Below, one piece after another: positions 47,701-58,953 of a DNA stretch of 64,000 bases. The notes under the pieces were generated by a model that did no database searches, was not told the DNA's origin, and was given only the letters and a program-made list of their open reading frames with translations. A program made the position numbers and the translations under genes. Position 1 is the stretch's first letter, and every line of letters starts with the position of its first letter. This DNA comes from Schmidtea polychroa (taxonomy: Eukaryota), in assembly GCA_044892525.1 (NCBI GenBank), contig CM097888.1, positions 26,474,001 to 26,538,000 of the forward strand, in the 5' to 3' direction.

Positions 47701-50700
47701 TCATNNNNNNNNNNNNNNNNNNNNNNNNNNNNNNNNNNNNNNNNNNNNNNNNNNNNNNNNNNNNNNNNNNNNNNNNNNNNNNNNNNNNNNNNNNNNNNNN
47801 NNNNNNNNNNNNNNNNNNNNNNNNNNNNNNNNNNNNNNNNNNNNNNNNNNNNNNNNNNNNNNNNNNNNNNNNNTTTATGAAACGCCCAAATATTATGCAT
47901 TTTTTATTTTCTTTTATACTACTTAATAACATGGGTCGTGGGAATTATCTGTTATTATTAATGCTAATATATTAACATTTTTGAAAATGTTATATATTTT
48001 TATATTTTTTTAACATAAGCCAAAATGTATCTTTATTTTATATTTCGTTGAATTTAGAATTACTTAAAAATTGTTTACATTCTTGGTCATGTGAAGTTTT
48101 TTTTTCTATTTTTTTCCGTGAGATAGATTTTGAATGTGTGTCAGAAGTAGGTGACCCCTGCATTTGAAAATATGTTTGTAAACAGTGGTTATGTTGATTT
48201 ATTGTTAACAAGCTTTTAATATACTTATCATAATCAAGGGTTGGTCGGTAATCCCAAACTGGTCCTGGCTTTTGATATCACTGGGCTTTCTTGAAACATA
48301 TAAGTTAAATAAATTTTTATAGATAATTGGAGATATTGCACAAAATTAATAAAATTAATTGATTTAATCCAAAAAAATCCAAATCCAGACAAGTACATTT
48401 TATTTTTTTCACCCTCTCCAAGTCACTCTAATTCCCCTAAATTTTAATACAGTTAAATTAAATTTATAATTTTAAGATATTTTAATTGTTAATAAATATT
48501 TTAAAGAAACTATCTAGAAAAATAAGCGATGAATTTGTCTAATAATTGCGGTTACATGCCGAAAAAACCTTATTGAGTGTCATGTTAATATCTAACAGAT
48601 TGGACAAAATCGGCGTCATATCGTTTTATATGGAATTCATCAGATTATTTACATGACACCGTGAGATAAATTATATTAATTATAATTGTTAATATCGTTT
48701 TTCAGAACGAATTTGTAATATTTTCACAGATGAATCTAGTCAAATAAGCGGTATTTTTAGAATTTTCACATTTATAAATTTGGGATTTTGTTTCTTTTTT
48801 TCAGATTATAGATCAATGTTTTGTTTTCTAAATTAAAACAAATTTTCGGTGTTAATTTTTCAATTATTAATAGGTATGGTAATTCCAAAAATCTGTGTTA
48901 TTTAGAAAAAAAGAAATTGATTTCTATTTTGGATTAATTACGGTGAACGGAATCGTAAATAAAAGGATCAAAGTTGAAAAATAAAAACTTTTCAATATTT
49001 TCTTTAATTAAAACAAACATTATTCAATTTAATTAAAATTAAATAATTCCTTTAATCAATAATTAATCGTGTTGTATCTCTTATCTATTATATAGAAATT
49101 AAATTATTGTGAATATTTCTGAAATATCGACATATTAATTAAATTATGGAAACAAGACTCATTAAAACAAAAAATTCAAATAATTATTTTTCTCCCTGTC
49201 GATTATTACAATTATATTTAAAAATTCCAACCCATAGCTGAAACAGTTTCATTATTTCCTCTTCGACTGACGACAATCATTGATACGGAGAACTGTAGAA
49301 TTCGAAGCAATTACAGACTTATAATTATGGGCATTCAATTTCACCACACTGAGACGAAAATTTTGGGAAGCTGTTAATGAAGCAATTNNNNNNNNNNNNN
49401 NNNNNNNNNNNNNNNNNNNNNNNNNNNNNNNNNNNNNNNNNNNNNNNNNNNNNNNNNNNNNNNNNNNNNNNNNNNNNNNNNNNNNNNNNNNNNNNNNNNN
49501 NNNNNNNNNNNNNNNNNNNNNNNNNNNNNNNNNNNNNNNNNNNNNNNNNNNNNNNNNNNNNNNNNNNNNNNNNNNNNNNNNNNNNNNNNNNNNNNNNNNN
49601 NNNNNNNNNNNNNNNNNNNNNNNNNNNNNNNNNNNNNNNNNNNNNNNNNNNNNNNNNNNNNNNNNNNNNNNNNNNNNNNATTAGATTATCAAAGGTGTCA
49701 GTAATTCGGTACTGAGTTGTGGTCAAATAAACCATTTTCATTATTTTATATAATTCTTTGAATTTGTAAACAAAATATATTTACAAAAAATAGCAACGAT
49801 GACATATTTCTATGAATATTATTTAATATATAAAATGGCAAATGATGAAAATGATGAAACATAATAGTGAAGCTTAAAATAAATTTATCTTAATATTTTA
49901 TTTATTATTTATCAGTAAAATATATGATAATTAAATTGATCAATTTACCCAAGATCCACGGTATGAAAAATTCTTGATAACCCTCTATGGATCCGATACT
50001 GATTAAACATCGAATTGAATTAATGTAAATCGTGGATTCGATGACTCCCATAAATTTCTTTTAAATTGGAACGAAATTCGTATAGAAATAACTTTTTTCT
50101 GTACCCCAAAATTTTGTTTTCGATTGTTTTGATCCAGAGATTTAAATTATATTTTAAAGGTTTATATTTTTTTGACTATTCTTATTTCTATCATTAGATA
50201 TATCTATTAGATAAATATTAATTTTAAATAATTTAATATTTTATACTTTTTATTTATTTTTATTTACTATGCTGAGTCTTCATTTTTTATAGATTATAGA
50301 TCAATATTACACGAATTCCAAGTGCTATAATAACATTAATTTGTTTAAATGAATATATTTTCATAGAGTTAATTAAGAGCAAACTGAGAAATTTTCAGTA
50401 AGAATCATTGTAATAATCAAATAAAATTTTGAATAAAATAATAATTATTTTATCAAATAAAAAATTAAATAATTAGAATTTAAAAAGTTGAAAAATGAAT
50501 TTAGAAGTAAATATTTATTTTGTAAATTGAAATTTTATAAAAATGAAAAATGAAAGACATAATTTAATATTTAAAATAATAAATTACTATTTTAAATATT
50601 AAATTATATTTTTATTACTGAATTATTATTTTATTACTTGCAAATTTATTACTTCATTATTACTTTTACAAATATATCGAATTAATTGAACGTGTAATTT

Positions 50701-51678
50701 CTTTAAAAGAACTAGTTTTAAATAATTAATAAATAATTATTAACTATTAATTAATAATTATTAAAAAGTGTAAAATTTCACGAAAGCATAATATTTTTTC
50801 AAATTTTTATTAAAGAAAAATTATACAAGGGCCCCATAAGAAATTTAGTCTTGTGCTCCCTCAAGAGTAAATCCGGCTCTGATAATAATTATTAAAAACT
50901 CAGTAGTAATTTGTATTCAAGTGTCAAATTGATGAAAATTCATCTCTTTCAATCCTTAATAGTTTTTCCTCAATATCTTTTACTTTTCTTTAATTTCTAT
51001 TATTTTCCTCAAACGTAATGGCAGTTTTCATCTGACTTGCCAGAAGCTAATGCCAAAATGGACTATCTTTTTATTGTCCGATAATCTGATTATTAATTTC
51101 CCATTGGGATCTTTCATGAAATAATTATTGAGTCATATTCAATAACCACATTCGCAGTTCAAACATTAATATCTTATTATGATTAAGATTTTTGGGAAAT
51201 TCTTCTGTTTACCTTTCAGTTTGTTTTGCCAGATTGGATTTTTGTAAATTAATTAATCAACTTGCAATTTTATCATTATCTCAAATTCATGCTTCACCTA
51301 CTCTATCATGTCATGTTGTTCCTTCAACATCTGTTTTATCACAGGCTCATTTTCCAAATCTAAATCTGATAATTGTGTAATTAAAAATTATACGAAATTC
51401 CAGGTATTCTATTCGCACAAATTTCTTGTTTCCCAATTTTGATTCTTGTCGATTCAATCTAAAAATAAGAGAAAATAATGNNNNNNNNNNNNNNNNNNNN
51501 NNNNNNNNNNNNNNNNNNNNNNNNNNNNNNNNNNNNNNNNNNNNNNNNNNNNNNNNNNNNNNNNNNNNNNNNNNNNNNNNNNNNNNNNNNNNNNNNNNNN
51601 NNNNNNNNNNNNNNNNNNNNNNNNNNNNNNNNNNNNNNNNNNNNNNNNNNNNNNNNNNNNNNNNNNNNNNNNNNNNNN
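41748..51678. other. Gap-dense scaffold segment. N-runs at 41748-41940, 43312-43665, 45514-45702, 47705-47873, 49388-49679 and 51481-51678; another lies at 21504-21674.
   Basis: N-runs read directly from the sequence. Confidence 0.95.
42308..42610 (+). CDS. Secreted microprotein, copy 4 (intron 42411-42461; A13T)
   Basis: Mature sequence identical to the other copies; upstream homology extends to about 42169. Confidence 0.85.
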   Translation: MKLLILSALLMMTLLTSASQSGRYPRFFGTLDAQGKFNFNVIITFINNLILGRPVVNIYGKEYKADTSFVVQVSKSEACAVHEPQLSVKLPFVECYSWYA

Positions 51679-52543
51679 TAAAAAAGTGAATTTTTTTTTA
51701 TGAAATAGAATAATATTCTCCTTTGATTAGGATAATTTAATAATGATGATAGTAATAGGAAATATTTATGGAGAAATTGAAACTATATTATAAAATAACT
51801 ATTTTTGTACTTTTAAAATTGTAACAAAATAATTTATAGTTTGCGACGTAAATACTGTCAAATAGTTGGTAGCATTCCATGATTGTAAAGCAATAATTTC
51901 ATGGAAGGATTATTTGCTGAGATTTACAAACCATAGCGGATAGATATTGAATTGTGTATACAATTACAAGTGTTTATAGGATCATTATCCCTAAAGTAAA
52001 TTTTTGAAAATATTTACCTTTTTAATAAGAAAAAACATTTCCGAGCAAGACAGGTAAACAATTGTTTCCATTAAGATCAAAGGTACTGTTTAGACTAATA
52101 AATAATCACAGTTATTTAATTTTAATTGTCAATAAAACTTAACAAATTTATTATTAATTGTAATTAATTTTATTTAATTTTTATAAATGTTTACAAAATT
52201 TAAAATCTCAAATCTTTTTTGTAAATAATTAAAACCCATTACATAAATAATTTACCAAAATATCTGACAGATTTTTGTCAGAGCTTACCACCGAAAAATG
52301 TCAAATTCATCTCATTTTGGTAGTTTATTTATATTTTTTCTAGAGCATCATGTTGAAGAATATCAAGGCAAATTATTTCAGAGAAATATAAATTCATTAT
52401 TACAGTAAGAGTGAAATTTCTAAATTAATAGGTAAATCAGTCCTATCAACATACATTTTTAATCGTTTGAATTTTTGATTAAAAAATAAATTATTTTTAG
52501 AAAAATTTCAAATTTCATTAGAGCTCTAAATTTTATTTTACTT

Positions 52544-52552
52544 TTATTATTA

Positions 52553-52616
<64 letters not shown>
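52544..52616. repeat. (ATT)n microsatellite (a second tract lies at about 52950-52997)
   Basis: Read directly from the sequence. Confidence 0.95.
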
Positions 52617-52617
<1 letters not shown>

Positions 52618-52920
52618 TAAAACAATAAAATGATAATTTAAGCCTTTTGCTGCAAATAATGTATTTAATGAAAAAATTTTCGACTATAAGATAGTCCTTG
52701 TCAATTTTAATCAACTTGCAATTTTATCATTATCTCAAATTCATGCTTCACCTACTCTATCATGTCATGTTGTTCCTTCAACATCTGTTTTATCACAGGC
52801 TCATTTTCCAAATCTAAATCTGGAAGATTGACAAGGACTATCTTATAATCGAAAACTTTTTCATTAAATACATTATTTGCAGTAAAAGGCTTAAATTATC
52901 ATTTTATTGTTTTAAATAAT
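52612..52920. repeat. Foldback structure: 94-bp inverted arms enclosing a 116-bp copy of 51253-51368
   Basis: Arms 52612-52705 and 52827-52920 match at 91/94; 52707-52822 is identical by eye to 51253-51368. Confidence 0.9.
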
Positions 52921-55250
52921 AAATGCTGCTACCAAGAAATCATCATTTTATATTATTATTATTATTATTATTATTATTATCATTATTATTATTATTTTAA
53001 AAATATAAATATTAAAATATAATTTTTATAATCTTCAAGCATTTTTTAATAATTCAAAGTTAATATAAAAATCTTGGAACATAATCAAAATTTAATTATT
53101 CAATTTAATTATAATTTATCACATTCTCTTTCTAAATTAAAATTAAAAAACTCGTTTCCAGAAATAACGGATTTTCAGTAATTAGAAATGGCATAATATC
53201 TGAGGATTTATTACCATCTTCATTTATAAACAGCAGTCCTTAAATTGGGCCATTAAACTGTTTTTATACATATACTGACAACTTGAGACCTTAAAAATAT
53301 AATTTCCCAAACGATATCTCTTTCAGAGTAATTGTATTCTACTTTTTCCATATTTTAATTCTTGACCACTAAACTATTAATTTTCTAACTTTTGTTTTTT
53401 TATTAATACTCTGGGTTAGTTTTCTAGGTTACATCGTCCAAAGATTGTGCTTCATATCTGGTGTGAAATATAAGGTGTACTTTACGAATTCATTCATCCG
53501 AGACAGGATTAAAATACTGAAATGTTGAGTCACCTGTTGTAACGATTCAAAGATTCAATTTTCATAAAAAACTTTCAATGAACCTTAAAAGATGAAAAGA
53601 AGCAGTTTGGTTGGAACCTTTTACCTTATATATATTATTCCCCAAAACGCGAGGACTTTTCAATTGATGGAAAACTTCATGAAAATCTTTTGTGATATTA
53701 TTATTCGTCAAAAGAACTAAATAACTTATTCTATTTAATCAACTTGCAATTTTATCATTATCTCAAATTCATGCTTCACCTACTCTATCATGTCATGTTG
53801 TTTTATATAAATAATATGTTCCTGAAAGATTAAGCAAAATCATGCAGAGCGATAGAAATTATTTTGATGATTAAGATTGTTTTTATGTTGTGTATTTTAA
53901 AAAGTAATTTGTTTAAATTGGTAAATTATAAATACTCGAAAGAGAGGACATTGCTAAGTAAAGTGCTACTAACTAACTAATACTAACACTATTATTATGT
54001 CAATATTATTACTCAATATATTTTTGTGGTTAAAACAAATAAAAGATTATAAATATTTACCAATTAAAAAAATTAAATAAATTTGTTTGGGTTACAGTAA
54101 AGACGAAATAAAAATATATATAAAATTTTACAAATTATCAAAATCAATTAAAATTAATTAAAAATTTTGAAAAAGTAAAATGTAAATATTTTTTGGGGGT
54201 ATGGTAACTGGTGACAAATGAAATTCTGAAAATGAATAAAACAATTTCAAAATGATCAGAGGTTCATAGAAGGGTAAAGGGCTCAAAAACAAATAAATTA
54301 ATCAATTAATTAAGTTTAAAAAAAGTCATTAATCAAACCCAGATCAATTGATTGTCGGGAACTAAGAGTAGGCGATAAATTATTTATTACACCTAGTTAA
54401 TTTTCAGATGAATGTGATGCCGGGAATTAGGAAAATTGGCAGCGAATTCTTAAGTCAGATGAGAAAAAGATTGATGATAAACGAAATACTATATAAACAG
54501 CTACCAAAATACAGAAAGCGGTGGTTTGGTCGAAGCAAAATTTACAAACTTTACAAGCACTTTAATTTAGCAGAATTAATTAAAGGAGGCAAACGATAGC
54601 GATTTAGCAAGTAGTGATAAACCAAATTTTGTCTTGACAGATTTCCATTGGGCATTTAGCCAGCTGTGGTAACATTAAAGAAAAAGGGTTTGTAAAATTT
54701 GAAAACAGAGATTTTGTTGATATATGAGTTTTTTTCTTTGATTTCTGAACACGAGAAGACTGATAAATATTTTCTCCCATCGATAAACATCTTAATATCC
54801 CAACAAATTAAATAAATATTAGAAGTTAAAAAAATATCAAATTTTTGTATTGCCACCAATCAAATAATCAAATTTAAAAATAATTTGTAAAAGTGAATTA
54901 TTTAATATAATTTATATTCGCATTTTCGATATCCAATAAACATCTTCTATACAGTGGCCTAAAAAAGGTTGAAGGATCTAGTAATAATTGACCTCTTTCA
55001 CACGGTGCTCCATATGATGACGACCACAGACTTGTATTACATTTGGTGAGAACTTGAAATTGTCATAAAAGTTCATACATTGTGTAAGTCATATAACGTA
55101 AATAATAAAAATTACCATACGAAAATTCAGAAAACCTAAAGTAAAAAAAACTAATTATTAAAGATCAAACTTCATTTTATAGAATCAAAATTACTTACAA
55201 ATTGTTGCCGAACTTAGTAGAAAATAATAATTGATGATTCCTTACACATT

Positions 55251-55924
55251 TGTTGGGTTATTTGGTTGGTGTCAATGTTTGTAAATTCAAACTTTTACTC
55301 TGACTCCAAAGGGTGTTTATTAATTCACAATTCAACACTCTCGAACACGATAAGCTTTATTAATATCCACCCGGTATTGTAAAAATTTCAATTACAACCA
55401 ATTGACTATAAACTAATTTATAACACAGAGCTTATTTCAATACATAGCTTAACACAAAGCTTATTCCCCTTCTGTAACCACAACAATAATCACTATCCGT
55501 CAACTACTCAATTACAGCGTACGTTGATCGATTGTTCTATTTGCTTTGACCACCAATTTATTTACTCCACTTCCACTTTATACTCAATTTTACAAAAGAT
55601 TCTCGCCACTTCTCGTTTCTCTCTGTTTTGAACTCTGTTTAATTCTCCCTTTAAATGTTCCTTTAAATTCTCCCTTTGATTCTCCTTTTAACTCTAGTTT
55701 TCTTCTCTCGTTGTCTTGGTTTTTGTCTCTAATTTTGTTCTACTTTTGTTCCTGACTTCTCGGTCAGCTGTTCCGATTTATATAGTCTGTTTCATTTGTG
55801 GCACTGGCGACAGATTCTGTTTTCCATTTTCCTTTTGCTCTGTGTCAGCCTTATCCCTGACAGATATCAAGATGTGCCCTGTTTTTCTTTTTTCATGCTG
55901 TGCCGACTTTCGCTATCTTTGACA
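55251..55924 (-). mobile_element. Possible solo LTR
   Basis: TG...CA ends (minus strand TGTCAAAG...CCCAACA), purine-rich body and AATAAA about 65 nt from the 3' end; no TSD found. Confidence 0.3.
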
Positions 55925-56102
55925 AGCTATCAAGATACGGCTTTCCCCATATTTTTGTTTTTCTGGAATTTAAAATTCCACCTTCATTTGTACTTCTTAA
56001 TTAACAATGGTTAATTGTTGTAAATTTTAACGAATTATCCGTATTCAATAATTTTTACTCAATTTTTTTAAACAGTTCCAAACAAAAGAAATAATATATA
56101 AA

Positions 56103-58134
56103 ATGCCTCCGAAAAAGAAATCAAAAATGTATGTTGAGTTGGAAACAGATATGGTGGCATTAAAAAGAAAAATTGAGGATGAAAACAGAAAGTTTCAACA
56201 CAATTGGGAAGATATGTATTTTTTTTAAACAGAGGACCGAATTCAGTGTCTTATTTGTCAGCAAACAATTGCAGTAGCAAAAGAGTTCAATCTTAGTCGC
56301 CACTATAACACACTTCATGGCAACAAATTCAAAAAATTCCATGGAAAATTAAGAGAAGAGAAAATTATACAGTTCAAATCATAATTTGAAAAACAAACAA
56401 GTTTATTCTCCAACTGCAATAAAGTCAGTGAAGATTCTGTCCAAGCAAGCTATGTTCTCTGTGAAATGATAGCAAAAGCATCCAAACCTTTTACAGAAGG
56501 ACTTTTTGTCAAAGAATGCATGGTACAAGCCTGCAAAATAATGTGCCCTGAAAAGAAGAAAGTGTTTGAGGGAATAAGTCTATCTGCTAATAAAATTTCT
56601 GCTCAAATTTCTGAGTTAGCAGATAACACAAAAATCAACTTGTCAATGTCGCTAAAACATTTGAAGCATTTTCCATAGTTATTGATGAAAGCACAGACAC
56701 AAATGACACAGCCGAATGTGCAGTCTTCACTAGAGGTGTTGACAAGCATTTAATGATTACTGAAGAATTAATACCTAGAATTAATACCTTTGAAGGGCAC
56801 AACCACAGGAAAAAATATTTTTCCTAAGCTTGAAGAGTGTATTGCTAAAGCTGAGCTACCTTGGTCAAAATTAGTTAATCTTGCAACAGATGGTGCTCCA
56901 GCAATGCTTTCAGAAAAAGTGGAAGTTGGTCTACTTAAAAACAAACTTCAAATCCTCAGTCCTCACAACAACAACTTTACCAGCATTCATTGCATTTTGC
57001 ATCAAGAAGCTATATGTGGAAAAAATATTAAAATGAAAGAAGTAATGGGAATTGTGGTAAAACAGTTAATTTTATTAGATAAAGAGGTCTAAACCACCGA
57101 CAATTTTCTTCTATCTTTCTTATCAATGAAAGCCAACATGGTGAACTTTTATATAACACTGAGGTAAGGTGGGCCACTCGTGGAAAGGGTTAAAGACGAT
57201 TTTTGATCTTTTGGATGAGATCGGCCCATTCATGAAAATAAAAATCAAAGAAGTACCAGAACTCACAGACTCAAATTTCATCAGCAATCTTGCTTTTCTA
57301 ACTGATATTACAGATCACTTGAATGATCTGAATACAAAACTGCAAGGAAAAGATTTGATCATAACTCAAATGTATGATCACATCAAATCATTCAAAATCA
57401 AGCTAAACTTGTGGAACAAACAAATTTCCAATGGTAACTACATTCATTTTCAAACACTCAAGTCACTGAAAAAGATTGAACCCAACTGCTTAGTAGTTTA
57501 TTCAGGTATTCTTAACAAACTCCTTCAACAGTTTGAGACACGATTTAAATATTTTAAAATGCTTGAACCACAGTTCCAACTTTTTCGACACCATTTGCTG
57601 TTGATATTGAATCCATGGCAGAGGAAATTCAGATGGAATTAGTGGAGCTTCTGTGTGATTCTATTTAAAAAAAATTACTCTGATGTTGGAATTCTTGAGT
57701 TTTATTCATATCTTCAACAAGAAAGATTTCCAAGTTTGCATTCTCAGGCAGTAAAGATTATTGCAATGTTTGGAAGCACCTATCTTTGTGAACAATTTTT
57801 TCATTGATTAAATTCAACAAATCATCAACAAGGACAAAGTTAAGTGAAGAACATTTACAAGCAACACTGACTGACCACATCTCAAAAGATTGTTCCCAAT
57901 ATTGATGCTCTTGTGGTGGCTAAACGTTATCAACTAAGTAGCCAGAAATAAAAACAATATATTTGACGCTTTGTTTGTCTTTATTTAAGTAATTTTGTGT
58001 TACATTTTTATGTTCATAATAATGTTTTTTTTCTTATTTCTAATAAAGTGCAATTATGATACATTTTCGAGTATCTATTTTCAAAAAAAAATTATGTTGC
58101 GGCCTGCCGGACAGTTTGAGTTTGACACCATTTG
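56103..58134 (+). mobile_element. Decayed hAT transposon (Buster/SPIN, GTF2IRD2-like transposase)
   Basis: KRKIEDENRKF...CLICQQTIAVAKEFNLSRHY, SKPFTEGLFVKECM, LATDGAPAM, HCILHQEA, LAFLTDITDHLNDLNTKLQG, MFGSTYLCEQ. Many frameshifts. Right end TTTGAGTTTGACACC; left TIR not found. Confidence 0.9.
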
Positions 58135-58289
58135 TCTATAGTATAAGCCATTATTTAATGTCATGGATTTAACCCTTTTATACGGAGTGTACAATATATT
58201 GTACACAGTTTTGTGTGCTGAATATCTGTTGTACCTTTTCGAAAATATAATGTGAGAAGTACTTTTTAAGAAAATTGAAATTTGTTCTA

Positions 58290-58532
58290 AGTAGTGGATA
58301 TATGACCCACATGCACCCACCTCCTCTGATAAAGTGTCTTCCAATCTCTTATTTTATAGTAAAAAAACCTCAAATTTTTACACTTTTAACTCCTTTTTGA
58401 CCTTTATTTTGAAAACAAATATCCTTATGTTTTCGGCTTTAAACCCTATAAACATAAAGAAAATAGGAGAAGAGATGGAAATTCACAAACCCCAGTTAGG
58501 GTTGCGTGCATGTGGGTCATATATCCACTACT
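58290..58532. mobile_element. Polinton-type terminus: AGTAGT-capped perfect 27-bp inverted repeat with a 189-bp spacer
   Basis: AGTAGTGGATATATGACCCACATGCAC ... GTGCATGTGGGTCATATATCCACTACT; 6-bp flanks GTTCTA and TATCGA do not match. Confidence 0.7.
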
Positions 58533-58544
58533 TATCGAAGTATC

Positions 58545-58612
58545 GATTGGCAAGTCGCCGATTGGCAAGTCGCCGATTGGCAAGTCGCCAGGTTGGCAAG
58601 CTACCAGGTTGG
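58545..58612. repeat. Subterminal tandem repeat, 3x GATTGGCAAGTCGCC plus degenerate units
   Basis: Read directly from the sequence. Confidence 0.9.
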
Positions 58613-58953
58613 TAAAATGCAAATTAAAATTATAAATATTTTAAAAATCTAAAAACAGAGTATCCAATAAAAAAATTTTTTTAAAAAATGAATATTTATA
58701 ATTGTGATGTTTGTCAAAAAAATTTTAAAAATAAAACTGCACTAGTATCTCATCTAAAATCAAAAACTCATTTATTAAAAACAAATAGACTTGATATTTC
58801 AAACTCAAAAATTTGTACTAAATGTAAAGTTAGATATTTACTTTCAGGATATAATAAACATTTTGAAAGTTGTATTGGAGTTCCTAAAATAGAGAAAAAT
58901 TTGAATGTCCTATATGTAAATCAAAATTTAATATAAAATCTTATTATTTAAAA

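Noticed and set aside
43000-50000. Scattered exon-like blocks, including a weak SH3-like piece near 44800-44880
   Set aside because: I could not join them into a consistent strand or phase model across the gaps.
50940-51370. Minus-strand frame that looks protein-like if stop codons are reassigned
   Set aside because: All three stop types occur, and the real genes in the window use the standard code; it is likely decayed sequence or an antisense shadow.
41617-51689. ORFs containing X runs (also 21424-21732)
   Set aside because: They are artefacts of N-gaps.
54950-54990. TACAGTGGCCTAAAAAAG as a Tc1 terminus
   Set aside because: No partner TIR or transposase is visible.
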